A DNA stretch of 64,000 nucleotides, taken from NCBI GenBank assembly GCA_965197745.1, contig CBDANS010000007.1:448001-512000 (forward strand), given 5' to 3'. Position numbers and translations under genes: made by a program. A model generated the notes under the pieces. That model saw only the letters and a list, made by a program, of their open reading frames with translations. It was not told the DNA's origin and did not search any database. The stretch comes from Opitutales bacterium. GTDB lineage: Bacteria > Verrucomicrobiota > Verrucomicrobiia > Opitutales > PNEW01. Positions 51,263 through 61,773 of the stretch are shown piece after piece (the first letter of the stretch is position 1; each line of letters opens with the position of its first letter).

Positions 51263-52849
51263 ATGAATATTTCTTCCTATACAGAAAGCGGACTGGTTTG
51301 GCTTGATTGGTTGATGATCACCGCTTATGTTGTCGGTGTTCTCGGCCTTGGGTGGTATTATTCGAGGAGACAGAAAGATACCAGTGAATATTTCATCGGC
51401 ACCGGGAAAATGAACCCGATCCTTATCGGGATCTCACTATTCGCGACCCTCATCAGTACCGCATCCTACCTTTCCAAGCCGGGTGAAGTAATAAAGCACG
51501 GTCCTATTCTTTTCACTGGCTTGATCTTTTCCATCCCCCTTTCCTATGTCATTGTCGGTTACTGGTTGGTTCCGAAGCTCATGAAGCAGCGTATCACAAG
51601 CGCGTATGAACTCCTCGAGGCACGCCTCGGCGTAGGTATCAGGTTATTAGGCGCCATTATGTTTATTCTACTTCGTATAGTATGGATGTCTTTACTTGTA
51701 TATTTTTGCGCTGTCGCATTGACAGTGATCGTCGGCCTGGACGCCAGTTGGACTCCACTCATGGTTGTTATCATTGGTATCATCGCGATTACTTACACTT
51801 CTCTGGGTGGATTGTTCGCGGTGGTTTATACCGACCTCGCACAATTTTGTCTGCTTACCGGTGGTGCGGTCATAACGGTACTTATAATCAGTATTGAAAG
51901 CGGCGGCCTTTCGTGGTGGCCCACGACCTGGGTTTCCACCTGGGACACACAGCCGATATTCAGTTTTGATCCCCATGTGCGGGTATCACTCATAGGAGCT
52001 ATTATATCGGGAGCAGTCTGGAAAGTTTGCATGGCCGGTGGTGATCAATTGCCAATCCAACGCTTCATGGCGACACAAGATGCACGTGCTGCTCGCCGTC
52101 CCTATCTCGTTAATTCTCTCGTCACATTAATTGTTGTCTTCGTATTGGTTGTTCTCGGTTTTGCCTTGCTGGGATATTTCAGCACGAATCCGCAACTGTT
52201 GCCACCAGACTTAGACTTGATCGATGATGCTGATAAAATTTTCCCCTTTTATATTGCTAATCACCTGCCCATGGGCATTGCCGGTCTTGTCGTTGCCGCA
52301 ATGCTGGCCGCTGGGATGTCAAGCCTTGACTCGGGAATCAACTCCATCACCGCGGTGGTGATGACTGATTTTCTCGACCGATTCGGACTGAAGCCAAAGT
52401 CTGAAAAGAAGCATGTATTGTGCGCGAAGGGAATTACTTTTGGCGCCGGGATCATTGTCGTCATTGCCAGTATGTATATGAAATACATGCCCGGTAATTT
52501 TGTAGAGATGACTATGCGGTTAGCTAATCTTCTCCTGCCGCAAAATTTCGGGCTCTTTTTTATGGTATTCTTTGTTCCCTTTGCCACACCCTTAGGCGCG
52601 TTAATGGGCGTGATTTACGGGTTTACGGCCAGCCTCATGTTCTCTTTCTGGCATATTTTTACCGGTCTCACTCCGTTGAGCCCTCAATACGTGGGCGCCA
52701 CGGGTATGGTCATGAACATTGTGGTCGCATGCCTCGTGAGTTACTTCGGTCCGCGAAGCGCTAATAAAAAAGCGAGTACTATTACCGGCTTATTATTGTT
52801 TGGGGTGCTTATAATATTCGTGATACTAGCAATATCAAGCGCGGGGTAA
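51263..52849 (+). CDS. Sodium:solute symporter family transporter (close paralog of 8634-10298)
   Basis: GLVWLDW...GKMNP, YTSLGG, WDTQP.FS..P.VR, MSSLDSG.NSITAVVMTDFLDR shared with 8634-10298. Confidence 0.92.
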   Translation: MNISSYTESGLVWLDWLMITAYVVGVLGLGWYYSRRQKDTSEYFIGTGKMNPILIGISLFATLISTASYLSKPGEVIKHGPILFTGLIFSIPLSYVIVGYWLVPKLMKQRITSAYELLEARLGVGIRLLGAIMFILLRIVWMSLLVYFCAVALTVIVGLDASWTPLMVVIIGIIAITYTSLGGLFAVVYTDLAQFCLLTGGAVITVLIISIESGGLSWWPTTWVSTWDTQPIFSFDPHVRVSLIGAIISGAVWKVCMAGGDQLPIQRFMATQDARAARRPYLVNSLVTLIVVFVLVVLGFALLGYFSTNPQLLPPDLDLIDDADKIFPFYIANHLPMGIAGLVVAAMLAAGMSSLDSGINSITAVVMTDFLDRFGLKPKSEKKHVLCAKGITFGAGIIVVIASMYMKYMPGNFVEMTMRLANLLLPQNFGLFFMVFFVPFATPLGALMGVIYGFTASLMFSFWHIFTGLTPLSPQYVGATGMVMNIVVACLVSYFGPRSANKKASTITGLLLFGVLIIFVILAISSAG

Positions 52850-52892
52850 TTCAATTGATATGAATCCTCTTATATTGCTAATCCAGTCGCGA

Positions 52893-53762
52893 TTAGAAAT
52901 ATTTCATGAGCAAATCAAAAACACGAAAGTGGCTCTTTTCGATGGCATATTCCATCGCCATTTTCTTTTTGGGATCCAATAAATTTTTTATCCGCGGACT
53001 GGCGCAATGTTCAAGCAATTCGCCTACAATATCGATATGCCCATTAGCTGATGCCAACATTAATGCCGTTTGACCGTCTTGATTCTGAGCGTTAATGTCC
53101 AGCTGGTCTGAATTAATTATGTCGGTTGGCTTAATAACATACTGATTGACGGGATCAAAACCCTTTAAAAATTCCTTAACCTTATCAAGGTTCCCCTCTC
53201 CTGCTGCGATAATAAAATCCTGACAGTAAGTAAGGGGGATGCGTTTGCTTTCTAAAATTGAAGAGAATAACTTCATTTCATAATAAGGTTTTAATTGGTC
53301 TATTATGATCTTTTCATCCTGCACGGATACGCTATTTTCTAGCGCTGCCTGGAGCTTATCTAATAGCTGATTAATCAATGTGTGTTTATTTTCAAAAATA
53401 AATCCCCCATTCATTAAATACGTTTCGTCAAGAAGTATAGCCCCCTTCTCATTAATCTCATCTACACTTACTTTCAATGCGTTTACATGATAGGGGTAAA
53501 AATGGTTATCAGAGATCAATTTCTCGCATTCTATCTTTACGAGAGAATTACTATATCTGTTTTTTAGTTCTGCGGCTGAATTTTTAACTGCTTCATAAAA
53601 ATCTACCGCCAGTGAGGGTTCCACTTGCCAGTAATCCGATTCCACGGGACTCGGACGATCGGGATATTGGCAGTCGTTAGCTAGTGTGATAGGGACTAAA
53701 TATAGAAAAGGAAAAATTAACCCCAGTCCGAAATAAAATAAACTATCTTTTAAATACTACAT
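52893..53762 (-). pseudogene. Secreted ankyrin-repeat protein with a nonsense codon at position 2
   Basis: GQTALMLASANGHIDIVGELLEH ankyrin motif. The in-frame upstream extension reads ATG TAG YLKDSLFYFGLGLIFPFLYLVPITLA (signal peptide) from 53762. Confidence 0.65.
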
Positions 53763-55579
53763 AGCTTTAAATTGATATTTGAATATTGAATTGGAAATTT
53801 AATTTCGAAACAGTTCAAGGTAAATTCACATGGGACTTCTTAAGTTATGATCTCGATTAAATAATATAATTAATTATAAAAAGAATTCTATTATATCTTC
53901 ATTTAAATTTTAGATATCCATGCAGATAGATACCCTGATTAAATATACCGCTCTAAGCGTTCTGATGACAACGGGATATTGTCTTACCTATGGTCAGCAA
54001 TCTCGCCGTCTTGTCAGCCAGGATGAGGTGACTAAAGTTTATATTTCAGACATCAGGGCAAGATACACTTATAAAGTGGAATCAGCAGGCATTCCCACAG
54101 GGAAGGGAAGGGTGTTTATTATAAGTCAAGATTCTGAAGGGAAAAATGTGCGTCAATCGGCAGTATTTTACCAGAAGGGTTTTATGGTAGATAAAGTAGA
54201 ATCCAGTTTTGAAAACTCCTATGATCTCGCACCCGGAAGTTATGACCTTAAAATATTACGTGGCATTAATGCACCTGCTGATCTTGAACGTGAACGTAAT
54301 AAAGTGGTCGTCCTGGAAGGAAAAGTTACCACGGTTAACCTTGGACAGACTGGGCGATTACAATGTTTATGTAAAGATTTCGACGGAAAAAATATTCGCC
54401 CAGATGTTTTTGTTTCATTATATTATAATCAAGAAAATCCTGATTACCATTCTAAATCTCATACTAGTAAGGATTTCGAGTTACCGCCCGGTAAATATAC
54501 GATAAAGGTATCTTATTCTAAATCAGTATCCCTGTATAAGGATGTAGAAATCAAATCGGGTAAGCTTACGACCGTTGAAATAGCCGGCTTTGGAAGACTG
54601 AAATGGACTTATACCGATCCTTCAGGAAAGCGTTCCTATCCGGAAGTTTTTATATATAAGGGAAAAGAGGTAATGGACGGCAATAATAGTGATACAAGCA
54701 ATGATGCTTATGATCTCCCGCCCGGAAACTATACCCTGGAATTTTCAAATGATCATATGTACGGCAAGGCGGAAAAGACGATTGCGGTTACCGCGGGGAA
54801 GACCGTCACGCAAAATATTAACGAGCTGATCGGAAGGCTGGATTTATACATAACCGACGCAAAGAGAAAAAAAAATAAGTCCTTCAGTGTCTATCAGTCA
54901 AAAGGGAAGATTCATAAAACCTTTTAATGCCGACGACTGGGGAAAAACATCAAGTAATGATCCGATAAAATTAAATTTAGCCGCTGGAACCTACGATATA
55001 GGTATCAAAAAATCTTTGACTGAAAGAATCGATCGCAAGGGTATTGTCATAAAGAATGGGCAGACTACGCGGCTCGATGTGAAATTTGGGTTCGGGAAAT
55101 TAAATTTAATCGCGAAAGATGAATTCGGTTACGAAACCAGTGATGTAAATTATGATCTATTCGTGAAGGGTAAAAAATTTGATAACTATGGTGAGGGAGA
55201 AAAGGTTCCCGGCGGCTACTCCTACGAAATGCCCGTTGGCATTTACGACATCAAATTCATGCTTGAATGGGATGAGATCTGGCGCAAGCAGGAGAAAGTG
55301 GAACTCGATAAGACGACCGTGGTTGAAGTGCGAAAGGATCACGGGAAACTTAAATTGATCACAAAAGGTATCTATCAGAAGAAATTGCGCTCATTTATCA
55401 CTATTGAGCAAAACGGAAAATACGTTAAGCAAAACGGAAAGGATTTTATCCACGAGCAATATAAAGATCCTTTCGATTTAAAAGTAGGTAAATACGACTT
55501 TAAAATTTAGGTAATTAATAGATTAGGGCTTGACAAAATGGATAAGATTCACAAGCTTAGGATAAAAGGAGAAAATAAA

Positions 55580-56449
55580 ATGAACCTAATATCCGTATTA
55601 AAAAAATATCCTACTCAACAAGCTTGCATCGACCATTTAGAGGTTGTCAGGTGGAAAGGAAAACCGTGTTGTCCGCACTGTGAAAGCGATCATGTAGCGC
55701 GTAAGAAGGAAAAAAAGAGAGTTGGCCGATGGAACTGCCACGATTGCCAGAACAGCTTTAACGTGCTTTCAGGGACAGTATTTCAGGGAACTCACGTCCC
55801 GCTTCAAAAATGGTTCCTTGCAATTGCGTTGATGGTAAATGCAAAGAAAAGCTTATCGAGTTGCCAGTTGGCTCGCGATCTGGAACTAAATCAAATGTCT
55901 TGCTGGTATATGCAACAGCGTATTCGTGCGGCTATAGCAAGCAAGGAGCGTCGTTTCCTGAATGGTGTAGTTGAAATGGACGAAACTTATATCGGTGGGA
56001 AGCCACGACGCAGTAAGGACGATGATGACCTTCCAAAGCGTGGTAGGGGAACCAAGAAAACTCCTGTTATAGGCGCGGTAGAGCGTGGTGGTAAAGTTAT
56101 AGCCAAAGTTGTCGATGATCTGAGCAGATTTGGTGTACTACGTTTTATTAACAGCGCAACCGATGCTGATGAGACTATCTTAGTTACCGATGAATTTCCC
56201 GCATACAAGATTCTCGATAATCTCTTGGCTAGGGTCACTATCAATCACAGTGAGAGCTATGTAGACGGTGATGTTCACACCAACTCAATAGAAGGGTTTT
56301 GGTCTCACTTGAAACGTGCTTGGTTTGGTCAGCACCACCATTATAAAAAGCTTTACATGCCTTTATACATCGCTGAGGCATGCTGGAAGTATAATCAACG
56401 GGAACGCAATGACGGATTCAGTGCATTCCTTAATATGGCGATGAATTGA
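55580..56449 (+). CDS. IS1595-family DDE transposase
   Basis: CPHC...CHDC zinc ribbon, EMDETYIGG, VTDE, HTNSIEGFW. AGGAG RBS before the ATG at 55580. Confidence 0.95.
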   Translation: MNLISVLKKYPTQQACIDHLEVVRWKGKPCCPHCESDHVARKKEKKRVGRWNCHDCQNSFNVLSGTVFQGTHVPLQKWFLAIALMVNAKKSLSSCQLARDLELNQMSCWYMQQRIRAAIASKERRFLNGVVEMDETYIGGKPRRSKDDDDLPKRGRGTKKTPVIGAVERGGKVIAKVVDDLSRFGVLRFINSATDADETILVTDEFPAYKILDNLLARVTINHSESYVDGDVHTNSIEGFWSHLKRAWFGQHHHYKKLYMPLYIAEACWKYNQRERNDGFSAFLNMAMN

Positions 56450-56463
56450 AAGGAATTAATACA

Positions 56464-56783
56464 ATGACAGAAGAAGAGAAAGATCGTGAGATTGGTAAAA
56501 TGTATCGCGAACATGGAGAACAAAAAAATCATTTGAAATGCCTTAGATCAAAGGCAAGATCAATGAAGCAAACTATATAGATGGGGTTAGCAATCTGCTT
56601 GACGAGCGTCCCTTTAATTACGCCGTGGGAAGAGGGAAATTATTGTATTTCGTGCCAGGAACAGGTGGGGCGCGTAAGGAAATTTCTTGGGCTTCCGAAG
56701 AAGAACTTTGCCAGCTAATAGAAGAGATTGATTCGACGAAGCAGAGAATTGATGAGCTTAAAAATGAGTTGGGTCTAGATTGA
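56464..56783 (+). pseudogene. Frameshifted ~105-aa passenger ORF inside the IS
   Basis: MTEEEKDREIGKMYREHGEQKNHLKCLRSKARSMKQT, then in a shifted frame IDGVSNLLDERPFNY...SEEELCQLIEEIDSTKQRIDELKNELGLD*. AAGGA RBS. Confidence 0.5.
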
Positions 56784-58617
56784 AGCGCGTATTAAACATC
56801 AAGCCCAAATCTATTAATTACCAAAATTAATTTAGATAATGCACCGATTATTTACAGGGAGAAATTGGAGATTAAACAGGGTTTGATCACTACCATAAAT
56901 TTAACCGATTACGGTCAATTGGCATGGGAGTTGAAGGATGCGCTTGGAAAAAAAGAACAGGCAAAAGTGAAGATCACACAGAAGGGTAAAGAAATACACT
57001 TCAATCAGGGAGAGGAGAACTTTGTAAATCTTCGCGAGGGGAAATACGATGTAGAATTAGATTTCAACTCTGCATTAAATAGTAAACACCCGAATGTCGA
57101 AATCATTAAGGGGACTACGACTACATTAGAAATATCCGGCCATGGTCGTTTAAACATAATTGCCAAGCCAATCGAAGGTAAGGGGGCACCAAGAGTTAAT
57201 ATATACCAGAAGGGGAAATTAATTGCTGAGGTCGTTGCCGATGCAGGAAGCACCTTCGATCTACCACCTGGTATTTACGATTTGAAGTTTTGGAATGTCG
57301 GGACCACCGACACGGAGCGAAAGGGTATTGTGATCAAGGCGGGGGAGGAAACAACCGTTGAGGTAGGCGGTTACGGTCGACTGAAATTTAAAGTCGTTAA
57401 TAAAGCGGGTGAAGAAACAGGGGGTGCGGTCTATCTCCGGCAAATTGGAAAGACCATTCATAATAACTGGCTTAGTGTATTAGATTTATCAGAGGGCACT
57501 TACGATTTAAAGTTGTTTATTTCAGGATCCGGTAATTTAGAGAAGAAAGGAGTAAGGATTCATAAAGGAAAGATCACAACCCTAATAATAAAAGGAAAAG
57601 AAATAACGGTGGTACCGGGTAAGACAGCGAGACTTAATTTTATCGCGCGTGATGCCCTGGGTAAAAATATTCCAGCCAAAGTTCGCATATTCTGGGATTC
57701 CGCGAAGGGTGCGGATTCTCCATTGAAACAAGCGGATTCGAAAGCGGGAGCTTCTATCGATCTTAAACCGGGTAAATACACGGTAGATTTCGACTTTACC
57801 GCAGAAAATTTTAAAGACGTATCATTTAAGGATATCGTGCTTAAAGATAGGGAGGAAAGAACATTAGTAGCTGATAATTTTGGACGTGTTCAAATTTCAG
57901 TGACCGACAAGTCAGGTAAAGATGTATCTTATATCGTTACCCCCATGTATCACTCTGATAATGAAAAAAGTGCCGCCTATACGATAAGCAATAAGGCACA
58001 CTATGATCTACCGCCGGACACTTATGATTTCATGTTTTATGTAGAGGGTGAAAGAATCTGGAAAAAAAATATCGCGGTCAGTAAAGGCAAGATTACGACG
58101 GTAAAAGTTGTCGTTGATAAAAAGGATACGCAGAAAAATTATCTGCAGTCATGGCTGGGAGTGTGGAATACCAATCGGGGCGAGATGAGAATCGGCCAAC
58201 AGGGCGATATGCTTGCGGGTGAGTTTTTCTATCACCGGGGAGGAAAATTTGAAGGCACTCTCACCAGCCCCACTCAATTGCGCGGAATATGGACAATCGA
58301 TTTCCCTTCCCTGGAAGGAGATTTTGAACTGAACCTGTCAGCTGACGGGAAAAGCTTTAAAGGTCAATTCAATGAAGAGCGCGGTGCACAGATGGACAGA
58401 TCCTGGACCGGAATTAAAAAATAAATCCCCTCACTATTGTTTGGGGTGCTCGTAATAATAATATTCGTGATACTCTCAATATCAAGCGCGGCGTAATTCA
58501 ATTTCTGATCCGCCATTGGAGAGGCAATCCGACGGAATTTCGACGCGTACTGTCAGCCCTCTGGATTGATAGACGACTTATCGCATCTCCTGATTTTTTA
58601 TAGTTGCACTCCAAAAC

Positions 58618-58641
58618 ACGGCCACGCTCCGTCGTGGCCGT
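58618..58641. terminator. GC-rich hairpin between convergent genes (terminator or REP-like)
   Basis: ACGGCCACG-CTCCGT-CGTGGCCGT; a related sequence occurs at 61488-61513. Confidence 0.45.
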
Positions 58642-58659
58642 TTAAGATGCACCCATTGT

Positions 58660-61257
58660 CTAACCCATATCGCCTTGGCGGCTTTTTTTGCCATTGAGCG
58701 TATAGAGGGTAAGCCCCTCTAAGGGTTTCTCTTTTTCCGGTATGATGAGGCTGGCAAGATACCCGACGCTGAAGCAAACTAACAGGCCGATAAAGGTGTA
58801 GAGGAAAAAGTGGATTGGGGTGTGATATTTAATGAAAAACAGGACCATCGCGCTGGCGATGGCGCCGATGAAAGCTCCTATCCCTTTCGCCCGTTGCGTA
58901 AAAATGCCGAGGGCAAAGAGGCCGGCTAGCCCACTGCTGAATAACCCGACAACGGCGGCAGAAAATAGGGTGGCGGATTTAATATCAAAGGTAACCATTA
59001 AGAGAGCGATTGCCGTGGCAAAGATACCGCTGAGCAAGGTAATCCAGCGGGCTAGAATAAAATAGGAATGTTCTGATTGGTTGGGTATAAAGCGTCGATA
59101 AATATCGGTGACAAAAACAGTGGAGATCGAATTCATACCGCTGTCTATACTGGACATCGCTGCGGAAAAAATAGCCGCAATAAGAAATCCGGCGAGACCG
59201 ACGGGAATACTTTGAGCAATATAGAGAGGAAAAATCGCATCGTTCTGCATCCCCAGGGTGATGCCCTCGGGATGCGTTTTATAATATACGTAAAGAGCTG
59301 ATCCCATGACAAAGAAGACAATAGCAGTAGGAATTCCGATAATAGCATTTAACCATAACCCCCTTGCCGCTGATTTTTCGTCTTTGGTTGTTAAAAATCT
59401 CTGGATCCTGGCCTGGTCGGAGGTTAAGACCACGATAGTTCTAAAGACACCCCCTAAGACAACGACCCAAATCGTGGGAGCGGTTAAATCCCAATCCAGG
59501 TAAAGCATGCGAAATTTATGATCAGCCATACCTGTATCAATGACCCCCATGACACCACCATCGATGTGAAAAGTGACTGTAATGATGGCGACAAAAATTC
59601 CGGTAAAGAAAATTATAACTTGCAAAACATCTGACCAGATTACCGCTTCAATCCCTCCGAGTGCCGTGTAAAAAGTGCAGAGTATACCCATGGTGAGTAT
59701 GCACACATAAATATTAATCCCGGTGATGGTGGAAAGAACAATGGCGGGCAGGTAGAGAATGAGGCTGATCCTTATCAATTGAAAGATGATAAACTGGGCA
59801 CTGCCAAATAAGCGAACGGCAACATTAAAGCGTAATTCCAGGTATTCATATACCGTCGTAATGTTTAATCTCCGGTAAAAGGGGAGATAGAAATAAATAA
59901 TTATAACAGGTACGATAAAGGCACCAATCGTAGCGGGAGCCATGAACCAGTCCGTGGCATAAATTATAGCAGGAGTAGCGATATAAGTCAGAGCGCTCAG
60001 TCCTGTTCCCAGCATACTGATCGCCGCAGCCCACCAGGGGATGCGGCGGCCGGCTAGAAAATAATCTTCCGTTCCTTTCTCCCGTTTGGAGAAATAGAAG
60101 CCCATGCAGACGAGGATCAAGAGGTAGAGGATAAGGAAACTGTAGTTGACGGTGCCGAAGGAAGCTTTTGATCCCGATTCGTGCTTCATGTATTGAATCC
60201 TGGGCGTACTTTCACCGGGTTGAAACTCACCACTTGTAATCACAATGCCTCCTTTCCATGACACGGCCTCAGCATTTACCACCGCAAGTGGAATATCCCC
60301 TTTATTAAGCCAGGTATCAGTAATCGTGTGATAAGCGATGAGGTCGTGTGAATTGGTTGGCTGCCACTCACCTTCGCCACTGCTTGCATCCTTATGGGAT
60401 CTGCCTCCAAAAATTATTATATGGGATTGTCCATAGTTGATTGCCGGGGCTGCCGTTACCGGGTGAGGGGTGTCAGCAATTTGTTCCCATTCCTTGTGAC
60501 GCAGGGAATAGCGATAGCCGTCGGTTAGCGATTGTGTCTGATGTTTACCATTATCACCTGGTGTCAGGCTTTCTCCACCGATCATATAAATATAACTTTT
60601 ATCTCCCGTATTTTGGCCAACTACTCTGGCTTTAATCCGAGGCGGACCCTCCCAGGGGTCTAATACATTCCAGTGCGCATCTTTCCGTGTAAGATCGAGC
60701 GACCAGAAAATATTAGTTGAATCTGAACTCTTGGGTCCGACGTCGCTCCCGGCGACGTATAGCGTATCATTGATAAGTGCCGCGTCGATGAACGAGACGG
60801 GTTGCGGAAGAGATGGCAGGGACTCCTGATCGATCGTCTGAGAAACAGCATTCCACGTTAACCGGGTTACCCTGTCTTGATTGCCGTCTGCATTTATCCC
60901 ACCAATCACTATTAAACTATCGTCTCTACTTACGGATGCACCGTTAGCGAGTGGTGCCTTCAATTTATATCCATCCAGCCACTCACCCTGTTCATCATCG
61001 GTAAGCACATAGATAGCGTCATTCCAGGCAGTGCGGTCATCATTAAGATTGCGAGGGTCAAGAGAGTTTGCGCCACCCGCGACTACGAGCGCGCCATTGC
61101 TGACACCCGCGAAAGCGCCGCTCAGGCCAGGGGTATTGGGCAGTTCGGGGAGTTCTTTCCAAGTGATAGCTTCGTCCCTCTGACGCTCAACATTATTGCA
61201 GCCACTAAAAAACAGGATAGCCGTAATGGATAATGTGATAATCTGTGAGTACTTCAT
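58660..61257 (-). CDS. Kelch/NanM-like beta-propeller fused to a sodium:solute symporter; putative lipoprotein signal
   Basis: MKYSQ...LFFSG|C lipobox; GALVVAGGAN and further GG Kelch motifs; C-terminal SSS (DYFLAGRRIPWW, GGIEAVIWSDVLQ, AAMSSIDSG). Confidence 0.87.
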   Translation of the reverse strand: MKYSQIITLSITAILFFSGCNNVERQRDEAITWKELPELPNTPGLSGAFAGVSNGALVVAGGANSLDPRNLNDDRTAWNDAIYVLTDDEQGEWLDGYKLKAPLANGASVSRDDSLIVIGGINADGNQDRVTRLTWNAVSQTIDQESLPSLPQPVSFIDAALINDTLYVAGSDVGPKSSDSTNIFWSLDLTRKDAHWNVLDPWEGPPRIKARVVGQNTGDKSYIYMIGGESLTPGDNGKHQTQSLTDGYRYSLRHKEWEQIADTPHPVTAAPAINYGQSHIIIFGGRSHKDASSGEGEWQPTNSHDLIAYHTITDTWLNKGDIPLAVVNAEAVSWKGGIVITSGEFQPGESTPRIQYMKHESGSKASFGTVNYSFLILYLLILVCMGFYFSKREKGTEDYFLAGRRIPWWAAAISMLGTGLSALTYIATPAIIYATDWFMAPATIGAFIVPVIIIYFYLPFYRRLNITTVYEYLELRFNVAVRLFGSAQFIIFQLIRISLILYLPAIVLSTITGINIYVCILTMGILCTFYTALGGIEAVIWSDVLQVIIFFTGIFVAIITVTFHIDGGVMGVIDTGMADHKFRMLYLDWDLTAPTIWVVVLGGVFRTIVVLTSDQARIQRFLTTKDEKSAARGLWLNAIIGIPTAIVFFVMGSALYVYYKTHPEGITLGMQNDAIFPLYIAQSIPVGLAGFLIAAIFSAAMSSIDSGMNSISTVFVTDIYRRFIPNQSEHSYFILARWITLLSGIFATAIALLMVTFDIKSATLFSAAVVGLFSSGLAGLFALGIFTQRAKGIGAFIGAIASAMVLFFIKYHTPIHFFLYTFIGLLVCFSVGYLASLIIPEKEKPLEGLTLYTLNGKKSRQGDMG

Positions 61258-61516
61258 TATCATAGAGTAGATGCGAAAATAATAGTCGAAAGTCAAAGGG
61301 CGAAGATCAAATAAGGAAACGCGTATACCCGAACAAGTGTATGCGATAATGCAATACGATAAATCATCTTATGGAGGGACACGTGGTGCTTGTCGGCCAT
61401 AGCCCAACGGGCGGCTGTTGATCGCGACCGCACCTATTGTCATCGCGAGGCTGGACATGATGCAGGATGCACGATACAGGATCCAGTGTGGAGGACCACG
61501 CTCTGTCGCGACCGAA

Positions 61517-61680
61517 CCTATTGTCATTGCGAGGAGCAACGCGACGCGGCAATCCAGGGTATTTGCCCGACATCTTCCACTCCAGGGATATGTCAAAACG
61601 TGACCGACTTTCCCCTGGAATGTAAGATGTCGTTACACTCGGTAGCCGCGGTCGGCTGATAGCCTACCTCGCAATGACAA
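61517..61680. repeat. Inverted pair (REPIN-like doublet) of GTCATTGCGA...GCGGCAATCC repeats
   Basis: 61517-61557 is identical to the reverse complement of 35923-35963. The right arm CCGCGGTCGGCTGATAGCCTACCTCGCAATGACAA ends at 61680. Confidence 0.85.
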
Positions 61681-61773
61681 TTTTATAAAATCTCTTTCTT
61701 GTGCCTTGTGGAAGATCTCGCTGCGCTCTGATAGTGGCTATTCCCAATCGAAAATCAGCATTCGGCAATGATC

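Larger units (their letters stand above)
55510..56822 (+). mobile_element. IS1595-family insertion sequence (1313 bp) with 24-bp TIRs and an 8-bp target-site duplication
   Basis: Left TIR GGTAATTAATAGATTAGGGCTTGA; right TIR (reverse complement) GGTAATTAATAGATTTGGGCTTGA. Flanks AAAATTTA (55502-55509) and AAAATTAA (56823-56830). Confidence 0.93.
53920..58424 (+). pseudogene. Large secreted protein with 11 tandem ~80-aa beta-sandwich repeats, interrupted by a poly-A frameshift and an IS
   Basis: Repeat pattern G[RK]L...[YF]DL.PG.YD.K...TT. Frameshift at A9 (54867-54875). Excising the IS plus one target copy restores YDFKINLDNAPIIYREKLEIKQG, in frame with ORF 56865-58424. Confidence 0.85.
52794..58503. 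mobile_element. 5.6-kb islet bounded by an imperfect ~63-69-bp direct repeat of the SSS gene 3' end
   Basis: TATTGTTTGGGGTGCT...ATAATATTCGTGATACT..CAATATCAAGCGCGG.GTAATTCAATT at 52794-52856 and 58435-58503. Confidence 0.65.

Noticed and set aside
61364..61659. Four overlapping short ORFs on both strands
   Set aside because: Translations of the repeat mosaic (for example LDCRVALLLAMT is the repeat itself); not credible genes.
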